The position numbers and the translations under genes are program-made. A stretch of DNA of 64,000 nt from Eukaryota sp. TZLM1-RC. Lineage: Eukaryota; Protista; Metamonada: BaSk clade. The DNA lies in contig JAUPSS010000004.1 of the NCBI GenBank assembly GCA_040285825.1, forward strand, positions 4,183,784 through 4,247,783, read 5' to 3'. Below the pieces are notes generated by a model that did no database searches, was not told the origin of the DNA, and worked only from the letters and a program-made list of their open reading frames with translations. This document shows positions 23,929 to 34,382 of the stretch, in pieces (position 1 is the first letter of the stretch; each line of letters begins with the position of its first letter).

Positions 23929-25764
23929 ATGATTTTTAACAGTTTTTCCTTTTTGAATTACCACAGTTCTTTCAGAATCTTTATGAGTAAGAGATTATGT
24001 GAAAGCACTGGCTTTCCAGTCAAAAAAAAGCCTTTCAAGGACGCCTCTTGCGTTCCATTTGAGTTTGAAGAGCTTACTGGAGATAATGCGAAGCAATTTC
24101 TTGCATCTCTTGATGTCGATCCTGCTCTCTTAGATGCTCCTACTTCTTCTCATAAACGATCAAAATCAGCCAAACCTTCCAAAATAGTTGAAAAACTACC
24201 CAAACATGCGTTTTCTTCATCAATTCATGACATTGACCTGAGTCAGGTTCAAAGAAGCCCATGGCATTCACAGCTCCAGCTTCACCCATCTTTAGTCATT
24301 TCTCTGCTCCAATCCAACATCACAGACCCCAACAACGTTCAGACATCCACCATTCCTGCTCTTCTAGACAATAAGGATGTTGCAGTAGCTGCTGAAACAG
24401 GCTCTGGAAAAACTCTTTCATTTGCCCTTCCCATATGTCATCGGTTGATTACCAACATGTTCAACAAGGAGGGCCCTTCTTTCCTAGTGATTGCCCCCAC
24501 ACGAGAACTGGCTCTTCAGATAGGAGACGTTTTTCAAATTCTTTTGAAATTTGAGGAAAGTCTTTCAAAGTCTGTTGTTATTTTGACTGGTGGCCTTGCT
24601 CAGGAAAAGCAACTCAAAATTTTAAAGAAAAAGAAACCCCAAATCATTGTTGGTACTCCGGGCCGAATTGTTGACGTCATCAATCAAGATTTTGATTGGT
24701 TTAATAGAGATCAGTTAGGAATGATTCAATCAGTTGTTATCGATGAAGCCGACAAGCTGATTGGTAATCATGACGTCAAGGGGTTATTAAACTCGTTTAT
24801 AGTTAAACCACAATTGTGTCTATTTTCGGCAACACTTGATGATGTGATTAAGTCAAAAAAAGTGTCATTTGAGAGTCAGATCAGTCAACTATGCAAAGGC
24901 CTATCAATCAAACTTAATCAACCTGCCATTTTTGACCTTCGATCATCTTTGATTGTTTCGACTGCCACTGAAGTTAAATGCAATGTTATTGCAGGAGAAA
25001 AAGATTATATTTGCTACCAAGTACTAACAAGCTTATTTGAATTTAATTCTTTCAAAAAATTAATCTTATTTGTTAATTCGATTGAATTGGTGAATAGATT
25101 AAGTTCTCTTTTTTCTTTATTATTTCCAAGTAACTTGATAATATCCTTACATGCTAAAATGAAACAGAAAAGTCGTTTGAAATCACTTGAAAAGTTTTCG
25201 AATACTGACCGCCAATCAATCATAATCACGACAGACGTTTCTGCTAGGGGTTTAGACCTTCCTTTTATAGATGGAGTGATTCATTATTCAATACCTTCAA
25301 CCAGAGATTCATATGTCCATCGCTCTGGAAGGACTGCCAGATGTGGTAATCAAGGGCTATCAATTATTTTGATTAGTCCTGATGACGTTTCCAAGGTCAA
25401 AAAGGTTTTTAATCAAGGCCACTCACTTTCTGATTTACCGGAATTTAGAAATGTCTATTTTCCTGAATGTTTTCACTCAAAATCTACTTTAGAGTTGATG
25501 AAAAACAGATTCAATTTGGCCCAAAGTATTGAAAAATTAACACATTCTAGACAAAAAAGACACTTTGAATCAAAGGGAAAATTAACTCAAATGGCAATAG
25601 AGGCGGGATTAATAGATGAGGTTGAAGAAAATAATCATTTAAAGAAAAAAGAAAAAAGTAGAATTGATTCAATGAAAAATAGTCTTTTTGAATTGTTACA
25701 GAAAGACTTGGTTAGTGTATCTAGACGGAAAGGCATTGTTGTTGTGGGGTCGAGTGATTTATAG
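23929..25764 (+). CDS. DEAD-box RNA helicase, DDX24/Mak5-like (start may be ATG 23983)
   Basis: AAETGSGKT, PTRELA, GTPGR, DEAD, SAT, ARGLD and HRSGRTAR motifs. Confidence 0.9.
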   Translation: MIFNSFSFLNYHSSFRIFMSKRLCESTGFPVKKKPFKDASCVPFEFEELTGDNAKQFLASLDVDPALLDAPTSSHKRSKSAKPSKIVEKLPKHAFSSSIHDIDLSQVQRSPWHSQLQLHPSLVISLLQSNITDPNNVQTSTIPALLDNKDVAVAAETGSGKTLSFALPICHRLITNMFNKEGPSFLVIAPTRELALQIGDVFQILLKFEESLSKSVVILTGGLAQEKQLKILKKKKPQIIVGTPGRIVDVINQDFDWFNRDQLGMIQSVVIDEADKLIGNHDVKGLLNSFIVKPQLCLFSATLDDVIKSKKVSFESQISQLCKGLSIKLNQPAIFDLRSSLIVSTATEVKCNVIAGEKDYICYQVLTSLFEFNSFKKLILFVNSIELVNRLSSLFSLLFPSNLIISLHAKMKQKSRLKSLEKFSNTDRQSIIITTDVSARGLDLPFIDGVIHYSIPSTRDSYVHRSGRTARCGNQGLSIILISPDDVSKVKKVFNQGHSLSDLPEFRNVYFPECFHSKSTLELMKNRFNLAQSIEKLTHSRQKRHFESKGKLTQMAIEAGLIDEVEENNHLKKKEKSRIDSMKNSLFELLQKDLVSVSRRKGIVVVGSSDL

Positions 25765-25829
25765 ACTAGTTTTTAGCCTTTAAAATAAAAAAAACATATT
25801 TATTAAATAATATTACAAATTCAAATTAA

Positions 25830-27266
25830 TTAAATTTTTGGAGCTTGTGGATCGACAAATGTCAAAAAGCCAAGATAATCAATCAAATCATGATTAACTT
25901 CTGATTTAAATTGATTGATTAATAGCTCCATTTCATGTGGTAAAATCACAAATCCAAGCATTGAAAGTGACTGTTCGAATTGTTTGGGAGTCACATAACC
26001 CCTTTTTGACCGATCAAAATCTTCAAAAACAGATTTCACCAGAATTCTTTTGACTAAAACATCATTAGCAAGCCGAGAAAGAATTTCCATAACTTCAGAA
26101 GAAACCCTGTTTACCATTTTTCTACTACCAGAAAGACCCTTAAATGTTGAACTTTTTGATTGCAAAGTTTCTAAATCAAAGTCCCTTGACTTCTCCAGAC
26201 CATCAACAATCGTAACAGAAGACACCTCGCGACAGAGAATTTTATAATCAAACATTTTGACATCATCTTTTCTTGCGAAAGTATTCAATAATGTCATATA
26301 CTCTTCCTGGGTCAAGTTCAACTTAGACATTCCCAAAGCTGTTAGGAAATAAGATTGACAAATGCGACCCTTATTCAAAGGATCAAACTGTTTAAAAAAA
26401 TATTCCAGATCAATACCATTTAGGTGACATTGTTTGGCGATTGAGTCCAAAACTGACCTACTCTCTGGAGTATTTGATTGACCCTCATCACTCAATTGAA
26501 CTCTTTCCTTTTTCGGAGGGGGGCAACAACTCTCATCAATAGGGGTCACGTCCTTATGAAACTTCCTGTAATCAACTAAAAAAGTCGACGGGCAATTACA
26601 GGGACGACGGTAGTAATCACAGAGAAGATCCAAATCAGAAGGGGATAACTGGAAAGGAAACAGGCGAACAAATTCAGACTTTGCCAGACAGCCATCATTA
26701 TCCCTGTCCATTTGAACAAAGAAAGACTTGACGACGATTCTTTGGGATGAAACCGCTTGTTTAATAGCATCAAGAATAAGAGAAAAGCGGTCGGGAACTT
26801 CTTGGAGAGAAGCAAGGGTTTCTTCAAGTCGATGATAGCGAGATTGATCAACTACAGGGGATGACGGCTTCTTGGTGAGGTCAGGGTTGGAGAAAACTAA
26901 ATGAATGTCTCGTAAAAAGGGCTTGTATGAAACAATGGAAGGATCTTCGGATGACTGGTACAAGCTGCTGAGGGTGGATAGTTCGTGTGGAGCGATTGGA
27001 AACAATGAAGATACTACGCGTTCAAACTGTGTTTTGGTGATCTTTCCCCGTCTCAGAGTATCAAAATCCAGGAAAGAATCATCCATTCGAATTGTATGCT
27101 TCAAGGCTTCGGAACGAAGACGTTCCAGTAGTAAATTGCCAGTGTGTTGCATAAGGCGATTGGATGTTGTGGAGAAATAGATGAGCAAGAAAAATATGGG
27201 AAAGAACTCTACACTTAAACCTCTGTTTCTGGTTTTTGTTAAACGATCTGTTTGTCTTCTCGCCAT
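25830..27266 (-). CDS. Multi-EF-hand calcium-binding protein (start may be ATG 27152)
   Basis: Repeated EF loops FDTLRRGKIT, MDRDNDGCL, FDPLNKGRI and FDRSKRGYVT. Confidence 0.85.
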   Translation of the reverse strand: MARRQTDRLTKTRNRGLSVEFFPIFFLLIYFSTTSNRLMQHTGNLLLERLRSEALKHTIRMDDSFLDFDTLRRGKITKTQFERVVSSLFPIAPHELSTLSSLYQSSEDPSIVSYKPFLRDIHLVFSNPDLTKKPSSPVVDQSRYHRLEETLASLQEVPDRFSLILDAIKQAVSSQRIVVKSFFVQMDRDNDGCLAKSEFVRLFPFQLSPSDLDLLCDYYRRPCNCPSTFLVDYRKFHKDVTPIDESCCPPPKKERVQLSDEGQSNTPESRSVLDSIAKQCHLNGIDLEYFFKQFDPLNKGRICQSYFLTALGMSKLNLTQEEYMTLLNTFARKDDVKMFDYKILCREVSSVTIVDGLEKSRDFDLETLQSKSSTFKGLSGSRKMVNRVSSEVMEILSRLANDVLVKRILVKSVFEDFDRSKRGYVTPKQFEQSLSMLGFVILPHEMELLINQFKSEVNHDLIDYLGFLTFVDPQAPKI

Positions 27267-27369
27267 TGCTTCTCCTATTCAATGCAGAAATATGAGTCAA
27301 TCTATACAATATAGCGAGTTATATCTGAGAGCGTTATGCAAAGAAGGACAAAATTCTAACAGATACATT

Positions 27370-27620
27370 GAACCTACACACTTAATAAAATTAACTCATA
27401 ACTAATGGGACGACTATCATTGAACCAAGATTTCCTCTTGACAAAATCTTGATCTGCTTGCTGTCTAGCTAAAGCTTCTCTAATTCGATTGAAAAACCGA
27501 TGTAATCTACTAATAATGGCAAATTGAATCCGAGAGCACCAAAAAATATCAAATCTTTTCATTGTTTTTTCTTGAACCATTTTTTGAAAATTATTCAAAA
27601 AACGTAGCGTTTAAATCCAA
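27370..27620 (-). mobile_element. 3' tip of a second non-LTR subfamily
   Basis: Similar to 48430-48660. The same 3' tip also occurs at about 43715-43760. Confidence 0.7.
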
Positions 27621-27904
27621 AACAAGTTCTCAGGGAAACAAAGATGATGAGGCGGTTTTTGTTCAAGTTTTTTTTTAGAATTTTTTATTTTTGCTTGACA
27701 GAAATACAACTGTGTTTACAATAATTTATTTTGTTGCTCTGTCTTGCAATTGTTTATTTAAATGTGAAAAAGCAGTATTCAAAAATATTGCTGAAAACAC
27801 GGTATTCAAAATTGTAGTGAAAATCTTTATGTGAAACTCATAAAGAACAAATTATACATCAAATTTTAATTAATCAACTATTATACTATTAACAAAATTA
27901 AAAG

Positions 27905-29463
27905 TTAAACAAAGTCTATACGATCCTCTAAAGAGAGGCAGGTTTCTAAAGGAAGGCCAGATGCAGCTCTAAAGAAATTGTCAATGGCCATACGTTGGCG
28001 CCAAAGAGTGTTGATGACTGGAGCACGTTCTGGAACACAGGGAGCCTTCAACAAGAAGGACAAGAGAGATAAAACTGAATCAAAACTGAGATTTTTCTTG
28101 CCATCAACATCAATGGTGATTCTTTCGAATAATTCTGTGAAAATGATCAAATCTAAAATTAAAGGAGCTGCTAAAATAGAATCTTCACAGGTATTATGCA
28201 AAATCATAGTATTAAGGCCACCACACATAAGTTCAGAAACATATTCATCCTAAAATTAGCTATCGCACACTGACAAACCATGGCTCTCTTGGAATCACCA
28301 ACAAATGGAACATACTTGATAACGACTGTGTGATCTGGCCCCACACCATCACTATAAAGGACAGGATTACCAGTTACTGCGTCATCAATAACATTACTTT
28401 TGGAGATTTCCTTACTTCTAAACTGTTGAGGGGCAGACAAATTTTGGCCATCATTGTTACCCAAATGATTGTAAGAGACAATGGATCTAGGCTTAATACC
28501 TGCACCGACAAGGAAATCTACCAATACAGATTTGACCTTGGTTTGGCCAGTTTTAAAATCATCTCCACCAATGAAAACACCCTTTTCGTAGGCTAATTCA
28601 ACAATTCCAGGTAGTAATGTGTTTTGTGGACTACCGTTGATGAAGGAACACCCTTCTTCGATGGCAGCAACAGCATACAGGACTGAAGCGGCAATTCTGT
28701 CGTCGTTCTTTTCAATAGCGTTCATGAGGCTCTGCTTTGTTTTGTGACAGTCCTCTACTTCAACGGAACGTTCAGTATTAGCAGTCCAGAGTACGATGAC
28801 CTTGTCGAGGGAATTTGATTGTTTGAAGGTCTTGATTTGGTCACGGAGCTGAGAGACAAGCGATTTTCTGTTTCCTTCAAGAACATTGTCGGCACGAGAG
28901 TTTTGGTTGGCTGCTACAAAGTCGGGAATGAAAGCGGCTTTGAGGGGCTTGATGGGTTCCATATATTGTCTTAAACTGTCTTGAAGCTCAACAGGGAAAA
29001 CGGATGCTCGTCGCATTGCATCATAGAGATTTAATGACGAAATATCCCAACCACCGAACACGATATCGTCAGGTGAAAGGGTTGGCAACATATCAGCAAA
29101 GCGGACGGATATCGTTTGATCAGCATCATAACCGAGGATAGATGTTCCACATTGCATCAAGGAACCATACCAGTTAGCAGATTGCTTGCCGCGAGGAGTT
29201 TCCCATGTCAAATTGTGTTTGTTAGCAAAATGAGCACCGGTGAGAGTGGTGCCGTTGTTGCCACCAAGTCCAACGAGCATAACACCCACCTTGGGTACAA
29301 CCTTATCAGTACGGATCAGAAGGTCATGTTTCTTGATATCGACAGTGGCCTTTCCATCAGTAACTGAAACCGATGGACGAGTGTAGGTAAATTCCGACAC
29401 GACGTGCTGCTCCGTGTCACGACGGTGATTTCCCTGCACGGCAAATGTGTTAGCGAGTGGCAT
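27905..29463 (-). CDS. INO1: myo-inositol-1-phosphate synthase, two exons (intron 28250-28278)
   Basis: GLGGNNG, LWTANTER, NGSPQNT and SYNHLGNNDG motifs. Intron removal gives SKRAM-DEY. Confidence 0.95.
28250..28278 (-). other. 29-nt spliceosomal intron in INO1
   Basis: GTTTGTCAGTGTGCGATAGCTAATTTTAG; removal restores the frame. Confidence 0.9.
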
Positions 29464-29821
29464 AAGAGATTGTTGAGATAAGCTGGAAAAAGCCTATTTA
29501 TTATTTTCTGTCAAAGTCAAAACAAGTCTTTGCAATTCCTATATCAATGACGTTGACTTACAGTACATATGCATTCAACAGAACTTAAAGTTCAGTCTAT
29601 AGTTACACATTATCCCTGAAATGTATAAAGACCTTACTGTTACCAAATAAAATTACACTACCAGTTTATTACAGTTACAGCATTGAATTTTGGATTGGTA
29701 AACATATCAGTATGAAAATATTCGCAAAAAATCAAAATCTATGAATAATGAGGTGAAATGACAACAGTTGAATTCTATGAATTAAAACACCCAAATAGAA
29801 TAAAAAAAATCAAAATATCAA

Positions 29822-30559
29822 TTATCCTCTTTTAAGTTTACTCAACTGCGTCTTTTGCAAGGAAGAAAGCTTTGACATTGCATCATTCAATGTTCCCCAT
29901 AAAATATCTGAATAATGATTTTGTAGCCATTTATACACAACTTCCTTATCTGATTTGGACGATTCCTTACAAATCCAGGCCACTGACTTTCTGATGAGGT
30001 TATGTCTTGACAGCAAATGATGAGCTGTCACTGATAAGGCAATAGGAACTGCTGCTGGTAGTTTACGTACTGCACGACAAAATATTACTATAGAAATACG
30101 CTGAAGGTAAACACTGGTAGAAGATTTCCACCTATGAACATCTGACAAAAATGGTTCTTGATAAACAGGAAATCTTCCTAAGAATTCCAAACATAACATG
30201 TCAATAGAAACCCAGTTATCTGCTCCATTGACAAGACGAATAGCAGAGCGCCAGACAGAATGATCTGTGAACGAATCAGATTGTGACAGAGCCACCAGAA
30301 GCGGTGGTATCAGTACATGTGGTTCAATATATTGAGTTTCTAGGTACAATTGTAGTAATGCATCAATTGCAGAAGTCACAGAGACTGTTTTCTTGAATTT
30401 CTTTCCAATAATGGATGCTTGTTTTCGAAGAAGGGGGTTTGAGAGACCATAAGACAGACGTGTTGAATCCTTGCCTAAGAAAGGCTTAACATCAGTGGTT
30501 CGATCTGGCTGTATTGCGAAAACACCATTCACGTCATTCAGAAAGTCAGATAGTTCCAT
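29822..30559 (-). CDS. AlkD-like DNA alkylation repair (HEAT-like) protein
   Basis: NW..IDMLC, W.SS....QR and IRKSVAW..KE.SK motifs. Confidence 0.7.
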   Translation of the reverse strand: MELSDFLNDVNGVFAIQPDRTTDVKPFLGKDSTRLSYGLSNPLLRKQASIIGKKFKKTVSVTSAIDALLQLYLETQYIEPHVLIPPLLVALSQSDSFTDHSVWRSAIRLVNGADNWVSIDMLCLEFLGRFPVYQEPFLSDVHRWKSSTSVYLQRISIVIFCRAVRKLPAAVPIALSVTAHHLLSRHNLIRKSVAWICKESSKSDKEVVYKWLQNHYSDILWGTLNDAMSKLSSLQKTQLSKLKRG

Positions 30560-30586
30560 TTCAGACAAGGGAAAATCGTTTATTTT

Positions 30587-31336
30587 CTATAAAATCATAT
30601 TCACTAAAATCAAACCAAAAGCAAAATGTACAAAAGCGCCAGCTACTCCCACAATGTAACCAACATTCTGTGCAGGGGATCTGTCTGTATGGACTTCAAA
30701 CAACTGTCTACCGAGTGTAGACGAAGAAATAATAACAGACAAGAACAAAAAAGGAAATAGAAAAGTGCCACGAAAGCCGATCCAACTAAGAACAATAACA
30801 CAGTAAGATACCATCGAATACCCAGTAACAGAAGCCAGGAGTACCATCGGAGTGAGAGCTTGAAGGAGATAGAATGTGAACCACAAAGTTATTGTTGAGA
30901 TCAACCAAAATGACAGGCTTATACCAACTGATTTACCAAGCTTGGTCATTCCCAGAGAAAATGAACCTTTGCTGATAAATGCAAAGTTGAGGAACAATAT
31001 AAGTGTGATAACAGTCATGAGGGGCCCATAAAGATCTGGGGCTTCTAAGAGTGACGTGTTGCGTCTGAGAGGGTTAAATGAGTCCCGCAGCCTGTACAAT
31101 ACTTCTTTAGGTTCTTGATCTAGGTGTGTATGTAAAATGCCCAATGAATAACGTGAAGCAAGTGCTTTCACCTCTCCAAACTTTGAATCAAACACTTGTT
31201 TGGCGACTACCCCTGAAATGCTGCCCCCAGTGAGTTGCTCCACAAGGTCATCTGTGGGAATTTGTTCTGTAGAGCTACGAAACTCTTGTGTAGAAGTTGA
31301 ATCTTGTGGGACGTCAAGGTAGAAATCGTCAGCCAT
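30587..31336 (-). CDS. Yip1-domain Golgi/ER membrane protein (YIPF3-like)
   Basis: PDLYGPLM motif followed by five hydrophobic segments. Confidence 0.85.
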   Translation of the reverse strand: MADDFYLDVPQDSTSTQEFRSSTEQIPTDDLVEQLTGGSISGVVAKQVFDSKFGEVKALASRYSLGILHTHLDQEPKEVLYRLRDSFNPLRRNTSLLEAPDLYGPLMTVITLILFLNFAFISKGSFSLGMTKLGKSVGISLSFWLISTITLWFTFYLLQALTPMVLLASVTGYSMVSYCVIVLSWIGFRGTFLFPFLFLSVIISSSTLGRQLFEVHTDRSPAQNVGYIVGVAGAFVHFAFGLILVNMIL

Positions 31337-31789
31337 TAGCCAAAAGATTTTTAAAAAACATATTATTTATTTGTTTGGGGAGGAAATTGACCTCTCTACC
31401 ACACCAACTAAGGAATCTCCACCTACATTGTGAGACACTCTTTGAGCGAGAACAAGTTCCACAGCCTCAAATAATTTTCCAATATCTTTACACAAGCTGA
31501 ACACAATTCGATTGCTGCAGAAAAAGCGTTCTTTATGAACAAATCATTAAATCATTCAAAAACCAGTATGCTTTAAAACACAAACGTCCACTTTAAGAAA
31601 TATCAAACCCATTAATCTCACAGCTTTTCTTCGTTTAAAGTTGATTCTAACTGACGAGGACTCACGAAAATACAGATTTTTGATAGCTGGGCCCAGGGGT
31701 TTGAACGGGATCAAGGCCCATTATGGGTTCAAACATTTAACCCTCAATTTAATAAAATTATCTATGATGATCTGCGGGGGTTAAGGTTA

Positions 31790-32920
31790 GACATGGTACT
31801 TTAAATGTAAAGAAATTTATTACGAAGGCATATGGGTTTCCTTCACCTTGAGCGCACTAGCGCAATAATACATTAAACTAGAATAAACTATATTAATAGA
31901 CTAACATAAACTAAATTCAAATAAAGCTAGCCAAGGCTAACACTGCCCTTTCTTCTTTTCAAGCGTCAAGGCCTATAAGTGACAGGAGTAATCGTATTGT
32001 TGGAGTTACGCTTTACACGACGCTTACGATTGAAGGACTAGGAGAGAGTTTAAGGTAAAGACTTGGCGAATGCTTTATAAGCAGCTGTGTTACGACCGGT
32101 GGAAATCAGTTCAGTGGTTATTTGATTACCGGGCCATTGGACTTGGCAATAGTCACCATGCTGACTGAAAAATCATTTGAATAACATGCACTTCAGCATC
32201 ACCAGCAGATACCCAGTAATGAAATTCATCATCAGGAGGGAGGCTATAATTAAAAGGTTGGAGGTGTTGGCAGCTGGCTTTGACCACCATATCAGTGGAC
32301 AGATTCTTGATGTTGGCCGTGGAGGTAAATGGGTTGTCAACTACAAGGAGTGGACCTTTGTAGTTACCGAGCAGCTTTGCGGCGGTTGATGAAACACGCT
32401 TGACCAGTTGACCTCGAGAGAAAGGGTTTGCTTCAGGAAGGTTCTCCGTGCGACAAGCTTTGGAAGCTTGGCGGCGCTCAGCTTCTGTTGCTTCTTCAAT
32501 CTAGAGAATTTAGATTGAATCTCGGAAATGTAAGACGACTCAGCCATTGAGCTTTGAAGGGTTTTGAGGATCCTCCCTGGGTCAGATCGGGGGCTGGTTT
32601 CCAAACCCAACATGAGCTCGTACGAAAGTGTCCTGTAATCGAACTCTTTGATGAGTTGATCAGCAGTTGTACATATGGAATGCCACTTCTGACACTTCAC
32701 ATTTTTCTAACATCATGCAGCAAAAGGAGAAACAGGATAACGAGGTAACGAACTCAGTTTCCACATCCTCCTTCAACCTGTTCTTCACTCAACAGCAGAG
32801 TTTTTCCTCTCGAACTCCTCAGTCGGGAACAGTCGTCCGGCTTAACAGGAATAAACTGAAGATCAGAACCTCGGTTTCCAAACGGAATCGTCGTTCTGAT
32901 CCTTCCGTGGGGTAGAGTAT
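31790..32920 (-). mobile_element. Internally deleted Gypsy remnant (integrase 3' part, PPT, start of 3' LTR)
   Basis: YELMLG and KGP integrase-tail remnants. PPT GAAAAGAAGAAAGGGCAG is followed by TGTTAGCC at 31942, the same LTR start as at 37265. Confidence 0.7.
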
Positions 32921-33779
32921 TGCACTTTTTTGAGTCATCATGTGAGTAATGTTATGGGTGCTGTGGCATTAGCCATGTTTTTAATTACTTTAGATGTGGG
33001 ATGTTTTTCTTGTTTATGTTTTGTTTTGAATTGTTTTTGAATTGTTATATTGATGTTTTTGAGTTTGTTGATTTTTGGGGTTTAGGTATTTGCACTTTAG
33101 ATATGGGATGTTTTGTCTTAAATGGTTATTTCAATAATGTTGAGGTTGATGATCATGTTTATAATTAACGTTTTTAATTCAGTAGCTTTCAACATCTCCT
33201 ATCAACAAACCCATTTCTGTTGATTTAACAATGGATAGAGTTTTTGAAGCAAATCATGGTCCCAGAAAGAGAAGATCTAATTTTAAATCAACTACTCCAT
33301 CAAAAAATAATTAGACAAGAAACTTTTGACCAACAAAGATCAAAGAGTCGGTGGAAAAAACATCAAAAATCACGGAACCGAAAAATTTGTAGTGAGAACA
33401 CAAGGTTGAATATCGAGAACAGGAAGATTTTGACAAAGAAACAATTGACACCAAGTATGGTCAAAAAAATTGAGCCAAGTCGTGGTGGCTTCAAGCCTGA
33501 TCATTTGATTCATCTCAAATTAAAGACCACAAATTAAAATTTTCCTACTATTATGTGATTTGCTCTTGAAACCTATCAAGTTGGTCAACTTTATCAAAAT
33601 AATGATAAACAATTTTTCGCTCCTGATGAGATTATCAACAAAAAAATTGAGAATGAGTCCTCAAAATACCAGGTCTTGCTAAACTTGTACTGAAAATGTC
33701 TAACCTTTTACCATATCAACTTAGACTCTTTATAACAACTCAAACTACTAGAACACTTCAGATAGTCTCTCATGCTATG

Positions 33780-34130
33780 TTTTTGTTATGCTTCTGGTTC
33801 TTTGGACAATCCTTTTTCTTATGATCGCTTACACCACATTTACTGCAAGGGAGCGTACACATAGTGCCTTTCTCTACCACAATTACCACATCTTCTTGCC
33901 TTCATTCGATTCCTTTTCAGCTCTGCATGATTTGATTCAACACAAGATGTGGTGTAGCTACTGAAATGAGTGAACTGGTCTGTGTAGCAATGTAAAAATT
34001 CAGTTCCAACTGGTAGTAAGCTCTGTTCGATATAATCAACAGCTTTTTGGAATACATTCGTTGCTCCACAAATCAAGTTCTTGTAAGTGAATAGGAAATC
34101 GTTCAATAAAAGTTTCATTGAGGATTAGGT
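33780..34130 (-). mobile_element. Mutator-like (MULE) transposase fragment
   Basis: HFSSYTTSCVESNHAELK (MULE catalytic-E region) and RRCGNCGRERH knuckle. Confidence 0.55.
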
Positions 34131-34382
34131 TTCATTGGTTAGCGTAGCAGGAACATCGGAAGTACACGGAGACACCAGGATTAAGAGCATATTAGTGAAA
34201 AGCAAAGCCTTGTTCGTTACTCCATCTTTTCCAAGATTCCAAGAGGGTCCTGAAGGAAGAACTTCTTTGTAGGGGACTGATGTAATTCATTCTAGCACTA
34301 TCGCCTGCAGGATGTTGTATCATGATAAAATTTGAGAAAGTACAAGTTTAGCAAAAATGTAGGTACAAGTTTAGCAAAATTC

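Noticed and set aside
27358-27383. U2 snRNA-like AAGTGT..GTATCTGTT on the minus strand, suggesting U2 targeting
   Set aside because: The AAGTGT part belongs to the retroelement 3' UTR, also seen at about 43725 and 48435. No other U2 features flank it.
31640-31690. Hammerhead-like core CTGACGAG..CGAAA
   Set aside because: Stem II has only 1 bp, and no convincing stem I or III pairing could be built in type I or type III topology.
31686-31736. tRNA- or SINE-like GTTCAAAC box
   Set aside because: No T-stem or cloverleaf on either strand; only an 8-bp inverted repeat.
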